This document shows positions 27,385-43,914 of a stretch of 64,000 nucleotides of DNA, piece after piece. The notes under the pieces are model-generated. The model was given only the letters and a program-made list of their open reading frames with translations, had not been told where the DNA came from and searched no databases. The translations under genes were made by a program, and so were the position numbers. This DNA is from the human T2T-CHM13v2.0 reference genome, Homo sapiens. Position 1 is the stretch's first letter. Every line of letters begins with the position of its first letter. The stretch lies in assembly GCF_009914755.1 (NCBI RefSeq), contig NC_060937.1. One strand, written 5' to 3'.

Positions 27385-27513
27385 TTTTTTTTTTTTTTTT
27401 TGTAGAGACAGGGGTCTCACTATGTTGCCCAGGCTGGGCTTGAACTCCTGGCCTCAAGAGAAGCTCTTGCCTCAGCCTCCCAAAGCACTGGGATTACAGG
27501 TGTGAGCCACTAC
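27385..27513 (-). mobile_element. Alu left monomer (FLAM-like)
   Basis: Poly-T then 'gtagagacaggggtctcactatgttgcccaggctgg...gtgagccac'; single arm. Confidence 0.85.
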
Positions 27514-27697
27514 AGCACGTGCTGCCACTTTTGATACTCACACCAGGAGTATTCTCTTGGGCTACATAGCAGCATAGCAGAAAGAGTCACAGAACTGAAT
27601 AAACATGTGTGCTAGGAAAAGTTTGCAGACTACATTTCAACTACAGTAACATTTTGACAAGGAACAAAAGAGGAAAAATGTATAATATCCTGACCTT

Positions 27698-28236
<539 letters not shown>

Positions 28237-29117
28237 TCACCTCGTTTATTATCTAGTGACCTCTTACTATGGTTACACCAGACACTCTTCACTCTACCCA
28301 AGCCCACATTTACTACCTCCTGCTCTCCTAAAATTACTTTACTTTTACTTTATTGATCAAATTAAATTAACAGCATCAGGCATGAGTAGTCCCATTTTTT
28401 CTCCTTGTCTCTCTCTCAATAACTTCTTCCATATTAATTATTAACAAAGTAAAATTAATTTTTCCCCATTATAAAACACAGAGGGAAAACGGTCTGAAAA
28501 TTAAAAGGGAGCTTCAAACAAAATCACACACAATCTTGCCACCATGACATAACCATTCTTCGCATTTTGTGTAATTTCTTTCACCCCTTTTTCTAAGTAA
28601 TTTTGTATCTCGCCCTCACAGGAGAGTGCTTAGGGGTCTGGGCTCTGAAGTTGGACTTTGAATCTCAGCTGCACAACTGAAAAACTGTATGGCCTTGGCA
28701 AGTTTCTTAAACCTAATCACACTCCCCTTGAACATCTGGGCTGAAGGCTTTTTACAATTTCTGGGTCTTCATATGTGTTTTTCCTTCTGCCTGGAACATT
28801 CTTCCTCTCTCCTTCACCTGTCTACTTCCTTCTTACTTGTCTTTTCAGTTGAGCTCAGCTGAGCTGCTATTTGCTCTAAAGAGCTCTAGTCCCCTTCCTA
28901 TCCCTTCAGGGATGCCTCATACTGTCCCTTCCACACCTCTCATCACAATCTATTGTAATTTTAGTTTAATTATTTATTTCTCTCCATTAAATTGTGTTAA
29001 ACTTTGGCATCCCGAGAGCACAGGTTCCCACTTTCCCAAACTGGGAACAGAGAGAAGGGCTCTGTTGGGATTATAAAGCAGGGATGCCGGGCACTAGATA
29101 CTTGTATCTTCTAGACC

Positions 29118-29532
29118 TGTGGTATGAGCTGAATTGTGTCTCTTCGAAATTCATATGCTGAAGTCTTAACCCCCAGCACCTCAGAGTATGACCCTAGTTG
29201 GAAAGAGGGTTGCTGCAGATGTAAGTAGTTAAGACGAGGTCATGCTGGAGTTGGGTGGGACCTTAATCCAGTAGGACTGGTGTCTTTCTAAGAAAAGAAG
29301 TGTCGCAGAGAAACACAAAGCGGGAAGACAGCCGTGTGAAGTCACAGACACGCAAGAAGAATGCCATGTGAAGATGGAGGCAGAGATTGGCATGGGGCAG
29401 ATTCTCCCTCAGAAGAAACCAATCCTGCCAACATCTTGATTGCAAACCTCTAGCTCCTATAACTGTGAGAGAAGAAACTTCTGCTGCCCAGTTTGTGCAG
29501 TACTTCGTTGTGGCAGCCCAAGGAAACTAACG
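29118..29532 (+). mobile_element. MLT1A/B-type MaLR LTR, followed by a MER58-like element (about 29565-29770)
   Basis: 'ctgaattgtgtctc...attcatatgctgaagtcttaacccc' ... 'gcagcccaaggaaactaa'; MER58 text 'caactctgctgttatagcagggaagcagctatagacaa'. Confidence 0.8.
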
Positions 29533-30193
29533 GAATCTGATCTGAGAAAAGCACCTGTCTGGAGCAGATGTTCATTAACTTTTTTTGCAAAAGACTGGAT
29601 GGTAAACATCTTAGGCTTTGTTGCAACTATGCAACTCTGCTGTTATAGCAGGGAAGCAGCTATAGACAAGATGCAAATGAATAGGCTCTGTTTCAATAAA
29701 ACTTTGTTTAGAAAAGCAGACAACAGGGCAGATCTGGCTCAGAAACTGTAATATGCTGATACTCACTCTAGAGGAATCATTTGGCAGGTGACCTGAATGG
29801 TAAAACACAAGACAGTGGCTTTCACACTGGCAAAGGCTCTGCTGTGGAACCCTACCCCTGTGCATTCTTATCCATGAATATTCATGAATGGAGCATTTGG
29901 TTAGGAAATTGGTTTTATGAAACTATAGGCTTGCTTATCAATTACAAGAATACTCTCATTATTGGGTTGTTTTTTTTTTTTGTCTTGCTCCCATTCTGGC
30001 ACTAGAAGTTTTAAACTACTATTGTCCCATATCCAAAACAGTGATGATGAGACTGCAGAAAGTCATGAGAAGGAAAAGCACGGATAGTGAAAATGAAATG
30101 TTTGTATAAAGGCATGAGCATTAGACTTTACAACCATCCAGCTGCCAGTTGGGTCCTTCCCTCCCAATCTGAGGTTTATTTTTATTTACGTAC

Positions 30194-30318
30194 TTTGCAT
30201 TGTTGAGTTTCTCATCATCATTCAGATTTTCTGTCTTCAGAAGGTCATAGTTAATGGAACCTGGTTGGATGGCATCGATGAGGTCCAGAACAGGCAGACT
30301 TGTACTAATCTTCGGGTC
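30194..30318 (-). CDS. LCP1: L-plastin exon 15, [41 protein letters not shown](K)
   Basis: atag acceptor, GTACGT donor, 125 nt; not in the ORF track, read by hand. Confidence 0.97.
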
Positions 30319-30609
30319 CTATGCAGAGACACAGGGAGGGTTTCATCAACGTGTCCCAAAGTTACTCCCATTCAGCTCAAAGGAAGTGGGTGGCTTTTTC
30401 TTCCTAAATATATAATATATACAGCCTGGTCTGGGAAATGCAGCAGTATTCCACATAGTGTTTCAAATAAACTGTAGTTTCTGTAGGAGCATCAGTAACT
30501 TCCCAGAAAACCCACCGTCTACCAACAGCAGGTAGTCATTCTCAAATAATAAATGGAAGGAAGTTAGCACAACTAGAGAAAGACGTAAAGTTAAAATAGT
30601 GGATTGTGT

Positions 30610-31395
30610 CAAGCATATGAAAAAATGCAAAAATGCTCGACATCACTAATCATCACAGAAATGAGGACCAAAACCACAATGAGATACCACTGCACACCAT
30701 TCAGAAGGGCTATTACTAAAAAGTCAAAAAATAACAGATGCCAGTGAGGTTGTGGAGAAAAGGGAATGATTACACACTGTTGGTGGGAATGTAAATTAGT
30801 TCAGCCCCTGTGGAAAGCAGTTTGGAGTTTTCTCAAAGAACTAAAAATAAAATTACCATTTGAACCAGCAATCCCAATATTGGGTACATACTCAAAGGAA
30901 AATAAATTATTCTTCCAAAAAGACACCTGCATGCTTGTGTTCATCGCAGCACTATTCATAATAGCAAAGATAAGGAATCAACCTAGGTGCCCATCAACAA
31001 TGAACTAGATAGAGAAAATGTGGTACATATACACCATGGAATACTATGCAGCCACAAAAGAGAATAAAATCATGTTATTTGCAGCAACATGGATGCAGCT
31101 GGAGGCCATTATCCTAACTGAATTAATACAGTAACAGAAAACCAAATACTGCATCTATTCACTTATAAGAGGAACCTAAACATTGAGTATGTATGGACAT
31201 AAAGGTAGGAACAATAGACATTGATAAATACAAGCAGGGGGAGGGTGGAAGTGGGTTAAAGGTGAAAAACCACCTGTTCAGCACTATGCTCACTATTTGG
31301 GTGACTGGTTCAATGGAAACCCAAACCTCAGCATCACACAATATACCCTTGTAACAAACCTGCAAATGTACTCTCTGAATCTTTTTTTTTTTTTT
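30610..31395 (+). mobile_element. 5'-truncated L1PB/L1MA-type element
   Basis: L1 ORF2 C-terminus (HCWWECKLVQPLWK) plus 3'UTR; 14/16 TSD at 30594-30609 and 31396-31411. Confidence 0.92.
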
Positions 31396-31992
31396 AAAGA
31401 GTGGGTTGTGTTCATTTTTAAAAGGGCTTCACATAAAAGGAATGTGGGGCTAGTATGACATTTCTTTCAGTACATTATGTGGCCTCTTTTACTTAATCAA
31501 TTCTGCAACAACTTACTAAGAAGACAGGAGAAAATGAGCCCCGAGTGTTACAAGGAGCAAAAGAATTGCCAAACCTTTCTAATAGTGAACCCCAGCATCG
31601 CTTGTCAAACCTTGTCCCCATAAGAACACCCCAGAAGCCACAGCCTAATGTAATGGGCTGGAGCAGCAGCTATTTTACGGAGAGAAGCACCCCTGGGCTA
31701 TGTAACTGGCCACTTCATATTAACAGCTAAGTGACCTATAGATACACTACACTCTACAGCCTCACCCCACAGGTAAAAGGCATTTTCCTCCCATTTGTGG
31801 ACCATCACATACAATTACTAGCCATACTCTTAGGAAGTTACTTGAGCTTTGATGTCCTCACCTATAAAATGAGGAAAACAGTAAAGCCAGCTTCACAATG
31901 TCAGCGAAGATGCCCTAAGACATGAACAAGGAGCCCCTGGTAGCCAGAGCCCATTCAATATCTAGAGCTCCTTTCAACTTTGCTTTTCTTTA

Positions 31993-32066
31993 CTGCCTTT
32001 CCAAATCTCTTTCTGGAAGAATCTGCTTGCTGCCTTTCCAAATCTCTTTCTGGAAGAATCTGCTTG
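31993..32066 (+). repeat. Perfect 37-bp tandem duplication
   Basis: CTGCCTTTCCAAATCTCTTTCTGGAAGAATCTGCTTG twice. Confidence 0.97.
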
Positions 32067-32673
32067 CATCAGTGACCAGCATCCACTCCTAACTCTGCTC
32101 AGCTCTCCAGACTGAACAGTAGGCTGGAGATGGAGCAGAGGTGACGGTTATCTGTGATGAGCTCACAGCAGGTGGACACTCCTGCGACAGCCCTGCCCTG
32201 ACAATATCTTCTGCTACTGCTTGTGGAAAGAGATTTTCATTTTTTCTTGATTTTGAAACACAGGATGGATATCATGACGAACCACCTCACCAACCCTGTT
32301 AATACAACTCGGAAGGTGTTCCTCCCCCTAATCCTGACCTTCAAGCTAGAAAAATGTAGTTAAGATGGCACAGGCATTATGATGATGTGGATCAAGTGCA
32401 CACGTCCTTTGAGGAGGAATCCAGTTAATGCATGAAACATGAGTCAAGAAATTTAATAAAATGCTGCTATTAATAAAAATGAGATTTAGATAGAAGTACA
32501 CAACTGCTTTTTTACAAAAAACATCACAAGGGAGATCTTTGAGCATTTTACATGTCACCATTATAATATTAATCTGAATCATGGAGGTGCCCACATTTTA
32601 CGAATACTATCATAGTTTATATTACTTTGAAAGAACAATGCCTAAAATCTTGCTTTTAAAATCATGGATTTTA

Positions 32674-33280
32674 AGTGGGAACTAAGCACTGAGTACACAT
32701 GGACATAAAGATGGGAATAAGCCAGGCATGGTGGCTCACGCCTATAATCCCAAAGCACTTTGGGAGGCTGAAGCAGGAGGATCTCTGGAGGCCAGGAATT
32801 TAAGACCAGCCTGGGCCACATAGTGAGACCTCATTTCCAAACAAACAAACAAAAATTGCTGGGCATGGTAGTGTGCACCTGTAGTCCCAGCTCCTCAGGA
32901 GGCTGAGGCAGGAGGATCACTTGAGCCCAGGAGGTTGAGGCTGCAGTGAGCCACAATCATGCCACTGTACCCCAGCCTGGGTGACAGAGTGAGACCTTGT
33001 CACAAAAAACAGATATGAAAAGTAAACATAAATAATAAAAAATATTAAAAAATAAATTAAAATTAAAAATATAAAAATAAAAATTAAAAATAGACAGTAG
33101 AAACTAGGTGAATGGGGAGGGAGGGAGGAGGACAAGGGCTAGAAAACTGCCTGTTGGGTACGATGCTCCATACCTCGCTGGTGGATTTATTTGTACCCCA
33201 AACCTCAGCATCACTCAATATACCCATGTAACAAATCTGCACATGTACCCCCTAAATCCAAAATAAAAGTTGAAATTTTT
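32674..33280 (+). mobile_element. Short L1 3' end interrupted by AluJ (about 32720-33010) and an A/T-rich tail
   Basis: 'taagtgggaactaagcactgagtacacatggacataaag' ... 'acatgtaccccctaaatccaaaataaaagttg'. Confidence 0.88.
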
Positions 33281-33504
33281 TTTACTGATGGGTTTTTATG
33301 ATTAACTTATGGGAGAAAGTATTGAGAAATTCATTAATGAAATGGCTGATGAACATCAAAACAATAACGAGTCATTTAAGCAAAATTGAAATGGGAGGGG
33401 GAGCCTCTAATACCTACCACTGAAGGTCACTTGAACACATAATGAAAACAATACAGATAGGCATAGAGCTCAGATGGCCTCTAGCAGAAGACAAAGAATT
33501 TTAC

Positions 33505-33628
33505 CTTGAAACTAGAGATGGATGAACTTTTCTCTGCTTCCCTCAATGTTTCATTCACCCAGTTGACAATAATGTCATCATTGACCTTCTGGCCACCACC
33601 AATTTCTTCGAGGATATTCAGTGTATAC
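33505..33628 (-). CDS. LCP1: L-plastin exon 14, [41 protein letters not shown]
   Basis: ttcag acceptor, GTAAAA donor, 124 nt. Confidence 0.98.
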
Positions 33629-34211
33629 CTGAACAAAATAAAGAATGCTTTCTGGAGAACAGTTGCTAAAGAATTTAATATAAACAAAAAGTAGCTAAGG
33701 ATGGAATTTTTTTTTCGGGTATGTCATAGAAGACAGTCTGGACACCATTACATTTGAGAGAAAAAAAGAACATATTACAACATTAGTTCCTTTTAGAATA
33801 ACTTAAGACGTGACTTTATGGCTAGTATAATGAAATGTAAAGCAGATACCTCCTTTCTAAGCATGATCATTGCTCTGAGCAAAAAGAAAAAGCCAAAGGG
33901 AAAAAATGCAAGGAAAGGAAAATGAAGGAAAAGATTCCAACCTGTGGCAATTTAAAAAAGATAAAAAATCAAGAAATAACTCAATGTTGGAAAAGTCTGA
34001 GTAGCCTACATGATAAAGAAAAAGTATAAAATACTTTTTGCCTTATATAAGTAAAAATGTTAGAAATATGCTGACAAAGATAATCTTTAGTCTGAAGGTA
34101 AGAATTACCTTAGATACCTACTGTTATGAGAATTGGTTTGTTTGTTGTTTTGGAGGGGTTGGGGGACATTTATTAAGAAGAGGCTTTAACCTCTTAAAAT
34201 TCTATAGACTA

Positions 34212-34635
<424 letters not shown>

Positions 34636-35121
34636 TCAGGTTGGCAGGAGGGGATCAAATTACACATGAAAGACCTTCAGGGCTAGAATTACAGTGTGTG
34701 CTTCTCAAACTGAAACTCAAGAATCCTGTGACTGAATCTCATCTGACCGGTTCTACCTAAATTCAGGTCACCCTCCACTTGTGTGCTCTAGGATTTTGCT
34801 TACATAATCCATCGGGTATCTTCCTCTAGTTCCTGCTCCTATGGACAGTACAGTTCTCCCGTGACTTTCCAGATGGTTTTCAAGTTTAGTCCCTGAAATA
34901 AGAGCAATGCCCTGCTTCTTCTAGGTGAAAACACCTTCCCATTATTGAAGAGAGGAAGGAAAATGGCTTGTGCAACTTTTCTTTATCAAAATTCACATTT
35001 AAACTGACAGTGATGTCCTATCAATTACACCTCGTAAGTCTCCCTCAAATCAATTAGCTCCTCTTCATTCTGTTTCTCCACCTCACAGAATTTCCTTTCT
35101 GAAGTACAGTTCTGGTCTGTC

Positions 35122-35296
35122 TTTTTTTTTTTTTTTTTTTAAGAGATGGGGTCTCACTACATGGCCCATGGCCCAGGCTGGAGTGCAGTGGATATTCACA
35201 GGTATGGTCATGGCTCACTGCGCCCCCGAACTCCTGGGCTCAAGCAAGCCTCCCTAGTACGGGATGGACCACAGACACATGCCACAGCTCCCTGCT
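35122..35296 (-). mobile_element. FAM-like fossil Alu monomer / 7SL-derived element
   Basis: Contains 'ggagtgcagtggatattcacagg', the 7SL/FAM-type segment absent from dimeric Alus. Confidence 0.7.
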
Positions 35297-35449
35297 TGGT
35301 CACATTTAATGTGATTCGACATGGCCCAAAGAATACAGGTTAAGCTCCAGCACACAGCACACAAGGCCCTTTACAATTTGGCTCTAGTATTCTTTTCCAG
35401 CACATCTGTGATTTCCTTCTTCCCTCTCTGCTTCCTTGCCCATCGTGTG

Positions 35450-35452
<3 letters not shown>

Positions 35453-35488
<36 letters not shown>
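35453..35488 (+). repeat. (CA)18 microsatellite within an L2 remnant
   Basis: Counted directly. Confidence 0.95.
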
Positions 35489-35490
<2 letters not shown>

Positions 35491-36524
35491 GACCTATACA
35501 CATTTCAACCACACAGAACCATCAGCAGCTCCCCAGGCACACCTCCATCCTCCTTCTGCCTCCTGCTTCTGGGACTCATCTGTACTCACTACCTGGGCCC
35601 CCTTCCCTTCTAGTGAATTCCTAATCATTTGAACAATCCTCAGCTCAAGTATCACTTTTCCAGCTTGCACAGTGTATTCATCAGTATTGGTATACTTGCT
35701 TCAAACCTGTTCCCAGAACTTGTGATGGCATTGGTATCCACCGTGTGCCCTCGGACAGGGTCCATGTGCCCTGTTCATCAGAGGTTAGCAGACTGCCTAG
35801 CACTACTGGACATCTAGTAAATGAAGGCACAGAGAGGCGGGTGAAATAAATAGAGTGACTGTCTCCCAGGGAAAGCAAGGGGATAAGAAAGATGTTTAGT
35901 CTGGTCCAAGAGATGGGACCAAAATGCTGAGAAATCATGAGTATAAATGGGGTAAGTGCAGATAGATTTTCAAAATATTTCTAGTTTGGAAAAGATCCTA
36001 CTTTTGATCTCTTCATAAAGGTTACATTTTATGGCATAACTGGCTTCTTATTTCCAGATAGCATGCATATTAAGTTATTAGCATTTACTGTAACATCTAA
36101 GAATTTCTGCCTAATGAACATCTGAATTAAAAAAAAGGTAGGTTAGTGCTTGCTTCATTAGGTCCTCTCTATATATAACCTGACGGAACAAACTAAGTTT
36201 AATCAGTCTTCTGGTAGCTTCTCTTGTCCTGAGACCTAGTTCTCACTTCCCTTCATCAGGAGTTGCAGCCCGGCGTTGTCCACATGCTCATGTAAACGGC
36301 AGCAGTGTTCTTGACCCACCTCCTAAGCCTGGGAACTAAATGGTGCAGAGGGGAAGCCCACCTTTATACTAAAGTTTGTCTGCAAGAGTGAGAAGCTACT
36401 AAGGAACAGGGAACCTTATAGAGGTATAGCAAATTGTGGAGGCAGCTTATTCCATGCTGGGGTTTGAGAACAGCCTCTCATAGTGGCACAGAGTTCCAGT
36501 GAACACAAGGCAGTCTTTCTGTCA

Positions 36525-36929
<405 letters not shown>

Positions 36930-38011
36930 CTAGAGCCTCCATTCTAGATAGTACACTAAGCAATTGCTCATCTAAATACAGATTTGAAATGTAAAACAAA
37001 AACTAATTTGGCCTGTGTCTTTCTAGATTTTTCCTTTTGAGATAATTACTGCATATTATCAAACCTGCTTTGGGACGATTGTGCTATTAAATGGAGCCCT
37101 CCAGACAAGATCTCAGTATTACCAGTGTTTGTAAAATGTGCTGTGCTGAAAAGCTCTTTGTCAAAATGAAACAGAATTATGAGCTCCAGCTTTAGCCAGT
37201 TCCTCCTTCAATAAGAGAGTTGATGAGGTTTGGATGTGAGGCACTAGAGGGATGTGATTAGTACCTGCTTACTTTCCTGCCTTCCAACACTTGTTTTACT
37301 TATTTATTATTTGGCATAGAGGAACAAACCAGGCATTTTGTTTTTCAAGGACCCATCCTGACTTCACCATCCACAGCCTGTTTGACCTGGGGAGAGTTTC
37401 CTATTTGTCTGCTTCGGATTCTTTGTTCATTTGCTTCAGAGCCATCATTGCCATGTGCTGGCAGCCTGCTTGCTTCAAGGGTTTTATCTGCAAGTTTATG
37501 CATATGCTGTTTGCCAACTGTCCACCCTGAGAATGATTTCCAAGCTACTGAAGGGGATAGGGAAGTTTAAGTACATATCTCTCATTTGCTCTCATAGGAA
37601 AAAATGACAAGCCATTTTTGTCCAGATAAATGACCAAATTAGCACATCAGCACAATTCAATGAAATAAATTCCAGCTAGAACCAGCCGTAAATTTAATAG
37701 ATCTTTTAATATGTAGCATGCAGGGAAAAAAATCCCTTCCGGTGCCATTTATATAATTATCAGTCATTACTTCTCCTTCTACAGTAATATATTTTTCTGT
37801 CTACTTTCTTAAATGCACGATTCTTGTGTAGTAAACACTCATGAGAAATATGACTTTTTAACCAGGTGGAGACAGCAACAGCAGAGTGGACCTTGTTGTG
37901 TATGTGCCAGCCATTAAATAGGGCTTTGAGCCACATTTTTATAAAACATCCAAAGATCATATTGCAAGACGTTTTTCAGATATTATGAAATTTAACATAG
38001 AATGGAGTTGA

Positions 38012-38316
<305 letters not shown>

Positions 38317-39239
38317 CTGGCTTGAGCTTTTTAATCATTAAAATAGCATATATTAAAGATTATTTAATATTGAAACCCATGAGTCAGTTTAACTGTTGCA
38401 ACTAAAAGGACTTTTGCTTTGGTTTTTAAAGCAATCAGTATGAATTGCTAATCTGTTAAAAATTTAAAACTTGTGGAAGATAATAAAGATAGCTTGGAAA
38501 TATCATCTGGAAATACACTGGTGAGAACAGCCCTGAGGAGTTTTCAATGATGTTCTGGATACATGCAGTAAACTAAAAGACAGAGTTGGAGTTTCTTTAG
38601 TTCTGGAGTTTTCTGCACCAGGGGAGCCTTATGACATCTGCCCCCATCATTAAAGAGACCCCAGTGTGGAAATGGGTAATGGAGCTCTATACTTAGTAAA
38701 GCAAATGTGAATCAGGGAGTGAAATCTTTTATGATCACTTCTGATTATCCTACCTTATCTGGAAATACTGACACGATTACATCCAGAGCCGGCCATTATT
38801 AGGATCTGCAGACAGTGGCTTGGAACTAAAGCTGCAGTGCCTAGGCACACCACGAACCTTGTCTTTGCCATTATCTTGCCAGACAGAATGTAATGTGACA
38901 TGCAGTTTCTGGGGCTTCCTTCCAGGTAGGAAAATGAATTAAGTCACACTAACATAGGATCTAATGAGGGGATGTAAGATTCTTGCCTTGTCAGAGCTAT
39001 TAGTATAGGGGGAAAGACTGAAGCATTTACAAGTAAATTATTTTATTACTTACAGAATTCCTACCTAAAAGTCTTCCCAAGCTTATGATTTTGTACCAAA
39101 ATTGTTTCTTTTTCTTATAATTTATTTTCTATTTGTGTATCTTTTTATAACCTATTTTTGTTTAACTAATATCACCCTATACTTCTCACATTAGTCAAGT
39201 TTATATTCAGTTCCAAAACATATCTAAAGTTTTCTATGA

Positions 39240-41520
<2,281 letters not shown>

Positions 41521-41666
41521 CAGAAAGGTAAAAAGTGTTTCTCTGGTTATGAAGCTTAGCTTAAAACATACTTTTACTGAATTAACTCATACTGCTAAAA
41601 ATTTGCTAATATTTGTCTAAGTAAATAATGTATTCAAGAAAAAGCCACTTCCATAAGCTATACTAC

Positions 41667-41800
41667 CTTCTCATTAGCTGCCAAATCAAGGCCAGTGTGA
41701 GAGTGCGGTTTCCTTCATTGAGATCTTGTCCACCGATGCCAACCAGGGAGAACTTCGCTTGATTCTTCCCCAATTCTACCGCGTAGTTACAATTCTCAAG
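41667..41800 (-). CDS. LCP1: L-plastin exon 13, [44 protein letters not shown](R)
   Basis: ttcag acceptor, GTAGTA donor, 134 nt; read by hand. Confidence 0.97.
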
Positions 41801-42664
41801 CTGAATGAGCAGAAAGGAAAACGATTTAACGTCATCATCTTGATTATGATAAATACCAGATAAATAATAAAAATAAAGATAAAAAATGAAATAAATATGG
41901 TAAGACCGAATGACCTCTCAAGTCTCAACTGGTTCTGCAATTCTAGGATTCAAAATTAAAGAATTTTCCATCTGTCCTTAGAACCCCTCACTTTCATAAA
42001 AAATATTCATAATGTGGAAAACTGAAATGAATTCATTACTATGAATATGTTCACAGCTATATCACACTGCAGAAATGGAGAGCCATCCTTAATTACCTAC
42101 ATGTAATATTTCTAAAAAAGGTGAATTCATGGAGATTGACATGGAAAATTTGGAGTCTCCATCCTCTGCACACATAGCAAATGGACATGTGAACAGATAT
42201 TCCTGTAGCTACGCATGGATCATTAACAGTCACGGCAATAAGAAATGCTGAGAAATGGCTGTGTCAACCCTGTTGTTTCAAAACAATGTTCCCACTGTGT
42301 TGACAGTCGACAAACTGTTTGAACAAGTCAAGCTGTCAGTACAAGCTCCAATTCTTTAGAAATTAGAATAAAGATCCTGCTGAGGGAAAAATCCCTGTGG
42401 CTCTCTGCTTGCTCTAATTATCTTAATTAGAATTTTTGCATGATAATGTTTGAAGACATCCAACATGGAATTATAAATAAGCAATCGACTGAAATAATGG
42501 ACACACTTTAATAAAGCTGTTCAGGTTTCTGATTGCTGTACTAGAATTTAATTTCTGGAAAAACATTACTTGTCTACGTTTGGCTGCCTTATAAAGTATT
42601 TAGAGTGCTCTTGCAGGCTATGACTTTGCCTGTCTCCTGGAACAACAGAACCATCATTGTTTAC

Positions 42665-42779
42665 CTTCTTCATATTGCCTCCCAGTTTGGGGTATGGCGG
42701 TTTGTTTACTCTGTTCCAGTCAACAGGAACTTTGATCTTTTCATAGAGCTGGAAGATGACCAGGGCATCTGATAAGTCA
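42665..42779 (-). CDS. LCP1: L-plastin exon 12, [38 protein letters not shown]
   Basis: ttcag acceptor, GTAAAC donor, 115 nt. Confidence 0.98.
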
Positions 42780-43160
42780 CTGAACAAAACAAACACAAAA
42801 GGATTCTCAGATATCCAACATTTATTCAGGGCCTACAATGGGCCAGACACTTTCTTACATATTAGTTCAAAGAATATTCACAACAACCCTGCACACTTGG
42901 TAGTCGTAGCTCCATCTATAGAGGTGAAGAAACCATGACTCAGAGAGATTGGGGGACTCACTCTTCCCAGGTGTGACTAGCTATGCCCTTCCATCCAACA
43001 TATGCTGCCTCAGGAAAAGAAAGAGCACTATGGTGACGAAATAATCTGTACACCAAACCCCTGCAACATGCAATTAACCTATATAACAAACCTGCACATG
43101 TCCCCTGTACCTAAAGGTTTACAATTTGTAAAACTAAATAAATGTAAAAGAAATATTTAG

Positions 43161-43481
<321 letters not shown>

Positions 43482-43815
43482 TTAACAAGTGGCATAGGAG
43501 ACACTTCACCACAAACTTAACATCTGTTGTTTTGCCTGCTTGTGAGCGGGTTATATGTAAGATCACTTATGACATATAGTAAATGTTTCATTTTGTTGAG
43601 GTATGATTTATATATTGAGCACACAGTGAGACTGATGTATGCAGGTGAGTTTTTCAACTGAATATCCAACATCTGAAGCTCAACTTGGCACTTTTTCCCC
43701 TTCCAGCAAGGTATGCACATTTTGTGAAGAGAATGCACATCATAGTGGTATTTGGAATCCTATGGCTCTTTTGAGGTCTCTATCTTACATTAGAATGAGT
43801 TCCCAAATATTCCTA

Positions 43816-43914
<99 letters not shown>

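Noticed and set aside
42260-42306. Possible hairpin (TGTCAAC...GTTGACA with inner TTGTTT/AAACAA)
   Set aside because: Stems are short and broken; not convincing as a miRNA or snoRNA precursor.
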